Below are positions 9,039 to 19,158 of a stretch of 20,000 bases of DNA, piece by piece (position 1 is the first letter of the stretch; each line of letters begins with the position of its first letter). The DNA is taken from the NCBI GenBank assembly GCA_000826855.1, contig JTLS01000002.1, positions 53,061-73,060 on the forward strand, in the 5' to 3' direction. The translations under genes and the position numbers were made by a program. The notes below the pieces were generated by a model. The model had not been told where the DNA came from. It saw only the letters and a program-made list of their open reading frames with translations, and did no database searches. This stretch comes from Basidioascus undulatus (taxonomy: Eukaryota).

Positions 9039-12000
9039 CTACATCCTAAACACCCCAAAGCCCACATCCTTCCCGTCCCAGCTCTCATGCCTCGGTCTGC
9101 CCGACGCGCGCCCGTCCTTCGCCGCGAGCGCCAGGCCGAGCCCGACGGCAGAGCGCGTTTCGTGAGGGAGGATGACTGTTGCGCTCCAGTGTCAGAGAAG
9201 ATCACAGGAGAATTGGAGTGGGAATATGAGGATTTAGGAAGGGAAGGGAAGAGGGAGGAAACGCACTCCCATCGTCCCACAGCCGCGCGGAAGCGTACAG
9301 CGCCGTCGACTGCGTGTCGATCTGCTCCCGCAGGGCGGCGTGCTTCGTCGGGTCACTGTTTCTCATCACAATTCCACCATAAATTCGGTAAATTATCGAA
9401 TACCATGAGCCAGACTTGAGGTGTTACGGACCTTGACACGGTATTCATGACCGATGAGAGCTGCTCGCCGCCCATGACGCCAACTTTCGCATTCTGCACA
9501 AACCCACATCGCGTGTTCAGCTTGCTTGCCTCTACAAATTCTACCTATAGTTTATAACTTACCGGCCACATCCACAAGAACCGCGGCGAGTACTGCGCGC
9601 GTTGCCGTCAGCTTAGGTTCTGCAACTGCAAAAAGGAGAGGACATACAGCGCGCCCGCACATGCCTGCTCAGAGGGAAAAGATTAGCATCAACTTGTGTT
9701 GCACTAACCTAATCAGTGTAAACGTAGACCGCACCGTAGTTACCCGCCCTGCCCTCCCCTCAGTCAGTCCGCGCGCTGAGCCTGATTTCAAAGCAGCTGC
9801 TCAGACTCACCCGAACGACCCGCCCACGACGACCGTAAACTTCGGCACGTCCGCGCACGCTACCGCCCTGACCTATCCGCTCCCACAAGGACTGAGTATG
9901 TACTCAAGATGGGCTCGAGCAGGGCAAGTGTAGCGCGCGCGAAGCAACGGACCATCTTCGCCCCGTCCTTTGCGATCCCGCCCCGCTCCGCCTTGCTGCC
10001 GACCATGTATCCTGGCCAACCATCACACCAACGCATCAGCTTCAGTTTCGTTGCCTCTACCCAGAACAAAAAATAATTGCTGACCCGTAACGTTCACCAT
10101 AAACAACAGCGGCACCTTACGCTGCGAGCAGAGCTCGATAAAGTGTGCGGCTTTCAGAGCAGAGGGGGAGAAGAGGATGCCGTTGTTTGCGATAATGCCC
10201 TTTTCTCCAGCCCTCGCAGTCAGTACTGCAGTCTCGAAGTGGACGAACAGGGACAGGCGGACGCACCACCGGGTACCCGTGCACCCTCGCAAAGCCCGTG
10301 ACGATCGTCGGGCCGTACGCCTTCTTGAACTCGTCAAAGCGCGAGCCGTCTACCACACGTGCAATCACGTCCTACAACCCCCTCCCCTCTCCAGTCAGTC
10401 AGCCAGCTCCCAGCGGGAAGCAGGGAGGAAGGCCCGCCCGACGCACACGCATGTCGAACGACCGCCGCGTATCGACGCCTACGATACCGCCGAGCTCCTC
10501 AGCCGGGTAGAGCGGGTCTTCAGCTGCGTACAGAGGTGTCTGTTTCATTTTTATTCTCTTGTTCAGCTCTGTCCGAAGGGTTGGAGGAAGGATGGGAGAA
10601 AAGCGCACCCCCGCGTTCAAAGGCACGTTCAGATTCGCCACTGCCCTCCGCGCCATCGAGAGCGCCTCGTCGTCCGATGAGGCGAGGTAGTCGGTCACGC
10701 CGCTCTGGAAACAAAAAACGGGAGTGGAAGAAGTTTTGGTCAGAAGGATGCAGGGGAGGCAGAGGAGGAGGTTCGGACACGCCTCGGAGGAATGCATCTC
10801 CCCACCGCCGAGGGTCTCTTCATCGACGACCTGAGAAGGCAGATGTGTCAGACGAAGCTTCGTTTGATGAGATGTAATGTGGGTGCGGGTGCCCACCTCG
10901 CCTGTGGCTGCTTTAACGAGCGGGGGTCCAGCGAGGAAGATGTGTCCTGCGTGGGCGGAATGAAAGTGTCAGACTGTGCCAGGCCGTCCAGCTCGCCGCT
11001 TTCGGGGTGCGAAGGTAAGAGTAAGTAACCCGTACCTTGTTGCCGCACGATGATAGTCTCATCTGACATAGCTGGTACGTACGCTCCGCCTGCACTCCCG
11101 TAAACGAATAAGCGAGTGAACATCAACGGCTTCCTGTCCCAACTTCGTCAACGCAACGCACCAGCCACCGAGATCCCATGTACGACCGAAATCTGCGGGA
11201 TTCCAAGGGCGGAGAGCTGGGACTGTTTATTCCCCCATCCACCAGCCGGACCTCTCATTAGCCGACGGACTTGTCGTTGAGTTACGGGAGGCGCACCATA
11301 TTGTAGAAGATCCGCCCGAAGTGCTGTGCGCCTGGGAAGACGTCCGCTTGGTGCGGGAGAGCGGCGCCGCCGGACTCCACTGGGTAAAAAGGCTCAGGTC
11401 AGAGACGGTGGAAGCGTTAGGGACAGAGGAATGGGAGAGGGGGGGAGAGGCAATGACTGTACCGAGGTAGACGCAGGGCAGCCGGTTCTCTCGCGCGATC
11501 TCTTGCGCGCGGAGGTGCTTCTTAACCTGTGTGGTTTTGGTGAAGCAGATAGGTTTAGGAAGGGGGTTCGGGCTTAAAAAATGTGGGAAACGGGAGGTGG
11601 AAGGAACAAGACGCACAGAAAGCGGGTAGTACGACCCTCCCTTGACAGTCGCGTCGTTCACGACGACCATGCATTCCACGCTGTCCAAACCATCCTTGTC
11701 AATTCGATGGATCCCTCGTCCCACAAAAGTCTTGAAAGCGCACCCCGATATCCGCCCCACGCCCGTAATGATCCCCGCGCCGGGCACGTCCTCGCCGGGA
11801 TACACCTCGTGCGCCGCGAACTGGCTGAGCTCGAGAAACGGCGAGTGCGGGTCGAGGAGCTTTCCCAGTCTGTCCCCCTCCAACACCCTCATCAGCTTCT
11901 TTCTCCCCACTTCCCCTTTCCTTCCCCGGACGCAACACACCTCTCCCTCGGCAACAGCTTCCCCGCCTCACGATGCTTCTTCCGCGAGCGCTCGCTGCCC

Positions 12001-12203
12001 CCCAGCCGGTTGCGCGTCGCGAGCTCGGAGATCCGCCGAGAGAGATCGGACATTGCGAGGTGGTTCTCTTTGAATTCGGGCGCGAAGGTGTCGAGCGTGG
12101 AGGGGAGGACGGAGGCGAGGGTGTCGGGTGTGTGGTACGCCCTGGCTCGGCGGGGGAGGAGGCGGGACAGGGGGAGGAGACGCGGGTTGGGAAGGGGTCG
12201 CAT
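9039..12203 (-). CDS. mccB: 3-methylcrotonyl-CoA carboxylase beta (carboxyltransferase) subunit, mitochondrial, ~563 aa
   Basis: 21 exons: 12203-11941, 11869-11744, 11680-11617, 11526-11463, 11379-11297, 11222-11162, 11089-11036, 10946-10897, 10830-10783, 10704-10609, 10539-10447, 10371-10267, 10199-10085, 10011-9953, 9872-9811, 9748-9735, 9664-9648, 9592-9563, 9493-9432, 9355-9267, 9175-9039. Total 1692 nt, in frame. Diagnostic motifs: [107 protein letters not shown] and the C-terminal FGVFRM*. Confidence 0.96.
10705..10782 (-). other. Probable GC-AG intron in mccB
   Basis: GAG|GCGTGT donor, ctgac branch site, ttccag acceptor. Gives MHSSE|SGVTD and so restores the conserved H-x3-SGVTD motif. 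Confidence 0.68.
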
Positions 12204-12849
12204 GGTTCCTGTGGGGCTTGGATACGGGCTGTGTGTTGGTGTCGCTGTTGCTGTTGATAGAGAGTAGGAAGGTCGCTGCGTGAGCACTGTTATCCTGTCG
12301 ATTCTCCGGCCCGGCATGCCGCAGAGCCCGGGGAAAGCAGAAAGCACGTGGCCTTTCTGATCTGACAACTTGATATTGTTTGCCGTCGGCATTCTGTCGT
12401 ACATGTGCTTATGCAAAGTTTGGGTGTATAGAGGACTTGAATTTTTGGAAATATTTTCCAACGAATCCATCCCATGAGCACCTTAAGGTAATTTTATGGC
12501 CTTGCAAAGCGGGCTCCCGGAGTAACGCGCGAAACCCAGCTTTCAACGCCTCGCACCTGTCCCAACAATATCCTCGCCCAAATTTGGTCGTCAAAAGTCA
12601 GCACATTCACATGATATTATTTGACTTCCAATAAGCATGTATCTGGAATGTGGGAGCTTGAATGTGATGTATCGACAGGCTTTTCCGATTCCCCTGAGGA
12701 TCGAAGAGGAATCGGTCACTCCATCTTTCTGTAACGCGTTTGACCGCAACTTTCTGAATAAGCAGTCTTTCCGAGGCTGGTCCGCGGAGTGCCTTGTCCG
12801 CGTTCAACCGCGTTTGCCTGCATCAAACCACGTCAATCCACCTTAACAG

Positions 12850-14720
12850 TGCAATCATCAATCATTATCCGTAAAAGCGCTAGGCACTCCTTGAAATGCT
12901 TGTAGCACTGTTTGATGCTGGGGCTGCTTGACGAAAGGGGTAGGTGGAAGCTTCAGCTGTGCTGTTCCGGTGCAGTTCTGCAAGAAGCTACCAACCTAAG
13001 GCTTTGCTTTTGGGTATAGGATTTGTTCGAGGAATGAGATTTTTTTTCGATTATCGGTGCAGTACCATAGAAGTTGAAGAGAACAGACACAGCACTGCAG
13101 CTTGTCTATGACTTAATATGTCTGCCAACTAGTGATATGACCAGAGCTTCTCCTTTTCTAACTTTTGCTATATAAGGGTGAGGAACTGCTCAGAAGCTAT
13201 CAGGAAAGCTAAGGTCCTTTTTCTTCCCGTGTATGGAGTCCGAGTCAGGTTAGCCACCCGAAGTGCGAAACTGTTGATGTATGAGCATGGTCCCCCTTGC
13301 ACATCGATTTTCAAGTGAAAAATTTCTATGATTCTGAAGTCCAGATCCATGCATGCATAGCGGTCCTTGCTGGCATACAGAGCTGTTCTCGTACTTGTAA
13401 CATCTACAAAGCTGCATTCTGAACTGCCCAAACCTGTAGCTTGGCTTAGACAAGGAATCAGTCCTGCCACGCTTGCGTCGGCCTTACTTCAACAGGTCCT
13501 ATGAGCTGTATTTGGCAAAGAACCGGATAGGCTGTGGACCAGGCTTTCAACGGTAAAAGCTGAGTCAGCACAGTGAAAGTTGAACGCTCGCAACCTCCCC
13601 CTTTCAATGCTCACACCTAGATTACAAGTCAGACAGTGCTTCTTGGGTGTTTTAGGTACAACTGGAGGACTAATCATGGCAGAAAGAGGACAGAAATGAG
13701 CAACTTGTGAGAGGCAGAGGAGCAGGTGCTGGAAAGCTGGGTGTCTGAATTTGAATACACGGGACTGCAGCCTTTACCTCTCGTCTCCAAAACCGAGTAT
13801 CTCAGCATCAGCTGCTCTCCCTTTCGTTCTATGCATTATTTAGACACTGCAAGAGTAATATATCCCTGTTCAATATGTCAATAATGGGAATTTGATTTTT
13901 AAAGTGGGTGGTGGTGCAAGGGCAGAACAGTCTCCAGAGCCCATCCCGAGGCCAAAAAGGTCATCACAGAGCAGACCTCTTTCCACTTCGATTTTTTGCT
14001 CCGTCCCGCACACTCTTTTAAGGGAGGGGTCTTCGTAGGTTGGTTGAAAGGTAGGCACAGGAATGCCACCATGAAATTTTGAACAGAAAAGAGCCAATAT
14101 TGATGGAGTTCCGTGGGAGGTGAAGTTGAAATTGTTGAAAGCCCGGTCCCGTTGAAAGGTGGGTTTTGCACGTTACTGTCCCTTCCTTCAGTGCCGTTAC
14201 GTATCCATTGAGGAGCAGAAACTCTTGGAACTCTCGCCATTTATTCAAGCCAGTTGTCATACCTATATTCCACACCATGGGCTTGCTGGTATATCGAAGC
14301 ACTCCACATTGTGTGTGCATCTGCTGTGTATTGGTCAATCAACTAGCATGCTGTTCACCTACCTAGGTCTGAATGCTGGCAAAGTCTTGACCTGCCCACA
14401 ATTTCCCCATACACACATGGTTGAAATATTGGAAGTTTCCAACTTGCTATTGCCCTCCTCACGAAGGAGCGCCTCCCGAAGCGGCGCCCTCTTCATCTCA
14501 CGTCTGGGCCGGCAAACCACAATCAGTGCAAGCTTCATGTTCACCTGCTACTGTAACTCTTTTCCAATATCCTGGAACTGAATATAGAACTTTCCGTAAT
14601 AGGTCAGGGCTAAGCTCTGAATTGCTAAAGCCCAACAAGTCTCGCATCCACCGTAGTGAAGGGAGGACTTAGGAAGGACAAGTGTCTGCAAGTGTGACAC
14701 ATGTGCCTGCGGGACAGAGA
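12850..14720. other. CpG-depleted, lower-GC degenerate sequence (possible old methylated repeat or gene relic)
   Basis: Hand count gives 19 CpG in 13081-13980 (900 nt), against roughly 45 expected at ~45% GC. CpG is abundant elsewhere in the window. Only short, broken ORFs are present and no domain was recognised. Boundaries are approximate. Confidence 0.4.
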
Positions 14721-15138
14721 CGTTACTGACGAATTCTACCGTCATTGCCCCAGAAATGAATCCCACCCGGCTTGTTCTTGCTGATTGAAGTAGAGTCTCC
14801 AGTCCCTTGCACTACAGTATAAATTTGGCGACCCTCGCGACTGCACAACACTCGTCCAGCTTTGCCAGCCGGGACCGTGCATACGCCCATGCCGATCTTT
14901 TGCCGAGTTACCGACGGCCGTGCTGATCCGAAAGTCATCCTCCTGCCTCAACATCTTTATCAGCTTGCCTGGTCCGGGTTCCCCCTCATGTACACGACCA
15001 TTGTTGATATTCTCTTTCCCTTCATTCCGCTCCTCCTCCCGACCCTAGCTCAGCCGCCGATACCCCGGAGCACTTTGACCTTCTCGCGGCGCGCGGGCAC
15101 CTTCCTTGATTCCTCTTTGACCCCGCAGCTGCCTGAGC

Positions 15139-18100
15139 ATGCGCCCTGCCGCATCTCTCATCGCGTCTTCCACGCTCGAATCACGCCGTACTGCCATATA
15201 TGTGGAAGAGGACGTGGAGCGGGGCGGAGTGCCTGGAGGGACTGGGAAGCGTGATGTCGATGGGGGTGGGGAGAAGGGGTTGGAGAAGGAGGTGATCGTA
15301 GATTGGGACGGAATAGAAACAGATCCTGAATGTCCACTGTGCGTTTTCTTTATCTTCCCTTCCAGCCAAATGCCATTTTGTTGTCACGAGAGGCTCATGA
15401 TGTGAGGAATGCGAACGCAAAGAAACTGGCCCCGCTCAAAGAAATGGGCTGTAACCTGCCTCGTCTCGTCTTTTAGCCTCAGCACCACCATTGCAGCGGC
15501 TATTGTTTCCCCTGCGGCCGCTCAAGTTGCAAGGGATTTCGATATATCAGGGAGTGTTGAGGCAAGTGGGTGGTCTGCGTGTGTATGAGTGAGAGTTGTA
15601 TATATATAAGCTCACGCTAGGGGCTGGGGAACCAGACTACTTTAACTTTCTCAGTCTTCGTGTAAGTTCCGGTCTTCTGTCAAATTTCGAGGCATGGCAT
15701 CGACTTAGTCCTTGTGTCTTGCGAGCTGACGACCTGGCTCACTCCGCGCGCTCACAGCCTGGGTTTCGCAGTGGGGCGTGCGTCCTTCTCACCTGCCTTC
15801 GCCCACCGTCTTACCTCCGAAGCTCGTACCAACCCGCTGGTCCTTCTCTCCGATTATTTTTCTCTGGGAATTTTTCCCTCGCAGCCCTGTTATTTGCGCC
15901 CTTTTCCGAGATGTACGGCCGCATCCGAGTCCTGCAATTCGCAAACATGTGCGTTACCTCCCTTTCACTCCCTACTCTCCCTTCTTGATTATATTGCCAA
16001 AATTTGGACGACCGCTAACGGTCCGTGACGTGCGCAGATTCTTCTTTGCCTTCAACTTTGGCTGCGCGTGGGCTCAAACGAAGGGCGAGCTGATAGCGTT
16101 CCGGTCCGTCCCCCTTCCTTCTCTTTATCCTCCCCCTGCTTATTTCATATTCTCCCCTTGACGTATGCTGACCCAGAACAATAGGTTCCTGGCAGGTATA
16201 GGCGGCGGGGCCCCGATCGTCGTGGGTCTCTCTTGTCGTCCCTTGTTGAACGCGGCGCGTGGAACCGATACTAACTGGAATGTGCATTCCTGGCGCCGGT
16301 GTACAGCTGTATGTAGAGTTGGGATTGTTTTTACACACGATATTGACCAAATCTCAGCGGTGGGGGCGTTCTTGGGGACATCTGGCGCGCGCATGAACGC
16401 GGCCTGGCGATCGCAGTGTACTCTTCAGCACGTGCGTCTGCGTCTTGCTTCTTCCAACCTCTATTTTGACTCCATATCGTGAACTGAACAAACCATTCCC
16501 CCGCAGCTGTACTCGGGCCCGGCCTGGCCCCGCTACTCGGAGGGTGGATAGCTGAGAAGTCCACATGGCGGTGGGCGTGTGCGTCAATTTCCTCTTGCTT
16601 TTGGCCCACTTCATGCTTCCTAGACATGCCAAAGCGGGCTGACTGACCCCTCCTGTACACCTGCAATGCAGTCTGGTCCACCTCTATCGTCGCCTTCCTC
16701 CTCGAAGCGCTTTCCCTCATCCTCCTCCGCGAGTCCTACCACCCCACGCTCCTCGCGCGGCGCGCACGAAGGTTGCAGAAAGCCTCAGGAGCCGGCGGTG
16801 TCAGGTATCGCAGCCGGTATGATACGGGGGACCGGTCCGTGATGGGTGTCGTTACGAAGAACCTGGTGCGTTGCTGCCAGAGGGCTGGGGGTGTTGGGGC
16901 TGAAGATGAGATTCAAGAGAAAATGTTGATTAGAGTGGTGTATAGAGTCGCCCCTGGATGCTGGTAGCTAGACAGCCGATTCTGGTCGCTATCATGCTGT
17001 GTGCGTCTTTCGTTCGTGGCCGGCGGGACTGGGCCGGTGCGATAGGCTGACAGGAGGACATGCAGACATGATGCTGGCGTATGGGATGATATACACTATC
17101 CTGCCCAGTGCGTATCCCCTCACGCTACGTCAAGCAGTCCAGAAGCTGAAACTCAGATGGGATGGGGTGGATAGTCGTCTCCACCGTCTTCGAGAACGTC
17201 TACCACCAATCCACCGGAATCGCGTCTCTCCAGTGCGTCTTGTCTTTTGTCTTTACCCTTTTCTCATTCGACTCCTTCCCGAATTCCTGACCTCCTCCCC
17301 TTCACCACGCAGCTTTATCGCGCTCTGTCCGTAACCTCCTCCCTCTTCCCCTCCTCTCTGCCTGAACGTCCTCCCACACCATACAGCCCTCGGCCTCTTC
17401 ATCACCGCCCAGACGCACGCGCGCGCGCTTGATATTCTTTACTCCCGACTCTCCCGCCATAACGGTGGGGCAGGCAAGCCCGAGTTCCGCCTGGCGCTTG
17501 TAGGGCTCAGCTTTGCGCTGCCGGTGGGTACGCCGGTTTCCTCTCTCACTTCCTTCTCGGGCGACCGAGACGATTGACTCGTTCTGGCGGCGGATCAAGG
17601 CCTCGCAATATTTGGCTGGGTCGCCGAATTCGAGAAGCACTGGATCGGCGCGGACATAGGGCTCGTGCTGGTGGGCGCGGGCATCGTGGTTGTGTTTCAG
17701 GCGCTGCAGGCTTATGTGCGTCTTGTGCCTCTTTTATTTCGAGCGATTAGTATTCACCAGCATCGATTTGCGCTCAAAGGTCATCGACGCTTTTACCCTC
17801 CACGCTGCATCTGCCCTGGCGTCCATCAACTGCGCCAGGGCCATTGCGGCGTTCGCGCTGCCACTGGCTGTCCGTGCGTCGTTTTCTGTCTCTCCTGTTT
17901 AAACGGTTCAAGCCGCCTCCAGATTACTAACAAGGCCTTCTTATGGTGTAGCGTCCTTGTTTTCTACCCTAGGATATGGATGGGGTTGTCGTGCGTCCAC
18001 CTCTTATTCTCCCCCGCTGTCGCTCAGGCTCACACCGTGCGACGGGTTCAACAGAGCTACTTTGTTTCCTCGGACTCGCGCTCGGACTTCCGGCCGGGCC

Positions 18101-18158
18101 GCTCCTGTACTTCTACGGAGAGAGGTTACGGAAAATGTCCAGAGCGGCAGTGCCGTAG
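15139..18158 (+). CDS. MFS transporter, DHA1 (drug:H+ antiporter-1) family, ~518 aa
   Basis: 20 exons: 15139-15338, 15423-15561, 15636-15661, 15758-15777, 15885-15948, 16038-16103, 16185-16221, 16307-16308, 16358-16431, 16507-16578, 16672-16865, 16946-17000, 17066-17107, 17175-17232, 17313-17326, 17387-17527, 17600-17715, 17780-17873, 17952-17990, 18055-18158. Total 1557 nt. Motifs: VDWDG..DPECPLNWPRSKKW, GPLLFAPFSEMYGR (motif A region), FRFLAGIGG, GGGVLGDIW..ERG, LGPGLAPLLGGWI (antiporter motif C), WRWAFW, PEFRL, YVIDAF, LGYGWG, YGERLR. The start codon is uncertain, since an upstream exon spliced to the CAG at 15126-15128 is possible. Confidence 0.92.
15562..15635 (+). other. GC-AG intron in the MFS gene
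   Basis: GAG|GCAAGT donor, gctcac branch site, accag acceptor. Joins SGSVE to TTLTFSVFV in frame. Confidence 0.82.
16307..16308 (+). other. 2-nt micro-exon (CT) in the MFS gene
   Basis: Context is actaac...gtaCAG|CT|GTATGT...attgac...ctCAG|C. The CT is needed to join APIV to GGGVLGDIW in frame (CT+C = Leu). Confidence 0.8.
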
Positions 18159-19158
18159 CTTTTGTACTTGTCGTTGCATTGATAACTCATTACGGGAGTC
18201 TGAGGTTGTGAACTTGAGGGTCAAGAGGCATGCATGTATCGTTTGAGTTGCACACGCAGTGGATGTGGCATAGAGTCGGGCAATTTGCCTGAATAACTGC
18301 GAGGTGTCGAAGCGTTACCATTCATGAAGTTACTTCCTAGCCGTACTTCAAGAGGACGGGGAGTAAAAAGCCCGAAAAGATGCTTGGAAGTGCAAGTCAA
18401 TGAAAGCATGCCTTCGAGGCCAGCGCAAAGTCGCCGGCCTCGATTGGACGCAAAAGAGACAACCCCTAAGACGAGTTCGAGTGAGATATCCAGATGAGCG
18501 AACGTCAGGGGTAGACACGGTGTGGTGAAATTGAGTATGAACTGGGCGTGAGCGCGAATGCTTGCGTAAGATGTGGGACGAAGAATCAACTGCGGGTGGG
18601 GATTCCTACCTGTTGAGCGCCAGAAGGGGCAACCAGAGCTGAGGCTGGGGATGGGTGTGTCAACAGGCCACCAGCACCCAGGGAATGTCCTTTAAGCTTG
18701 GATAATGCTATGTAACGTCGTCTGCATGTGTTGGAAACATAACCCGCTGCGACTCAGGCAGCTATGCAAGGACGTCGGGTGCTAACGACTATACGGAGAG
18801 GCTGTCTGGACCTGGCGGCCGAGCCAAGGTAAGTAGGTTTCCGAAAATACTCTATGAACTCTTTGTTCTTACTCTTGAAAGCACGCACGACGCGATCCGC
18901 TGGGGCTAGAGAGAAAGTGGGAGACTGCAGCTCGAAAGAAACGTCAGAGTCTTTTCACCTTAAGCTACCTGTTTGGCACAATTTTTACAAAAACTTCGAA
19001 AGCATTGCGGATCCGCGAAGGACTGCCCACGGGCGTGGCCCAGCGGGTCCCATTCCTTGCACCTGGAGCCGTGCAGCTCGCTCTGCACTGAACCGCCACC
19101 ATCTCCTCGACCCGACCTCCCCTCCTCACGCTCTCATCCCGCTCACCCAGCCTCGAAC

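Noticed and set aside
9267..9493. Short linker between GGEQ and ARLWDDG in MCCB compared with animal and bacterial enzymes
   Set aside because: As far as I recall this shortening is common in fungal MCCBs. The splice sites are canonical and in frame, so no exon appears to be missing.
9670..9690. AAGATTAGCAT, resembling part of U6 snRNA
   Set aside because: It is the reverse complement of an intron branch site (gctaat) in mccB, and the ACAGAGA box and the rest of U6 are absent.
10540..11743. Five stop-free introns with lengths divisible by 3 in mccB (63, 90, 66, 78, 69 nt), which the ORF track reads through; also the 93-nt intron 6691-6599 in the ATPase
   Set aside because: All have splice signals and would insert junk into conserved motifs. 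Five of 20 is not clearly above chance for short GC-rich introns, so I do not claim functional retention.
10177..12267. Plus-strand ORFs overlapping mccB (e.g. 11581-12267, 228 aa; 10359-10877)
   Set aside because: Antisense shadows of a GC-rich gene with no recognisable motifs.
4604..19070. 13-bp inverted match GGCTCCAGGTGCA (4604-4616) / TGCACCTGGAGCC (19058-19070)
   Set aside because: Several 13-mer matches are expected by chance in 20 kb, and this one does not extend convincingly.
18160..19150. ORFs 18221-18589 (-) and 18854-19303 (+)
   Set aside because: No domain, codon bias or splice structure. Treated as 3' UTR, intergenic DNA and the promoter of the pseudogene.
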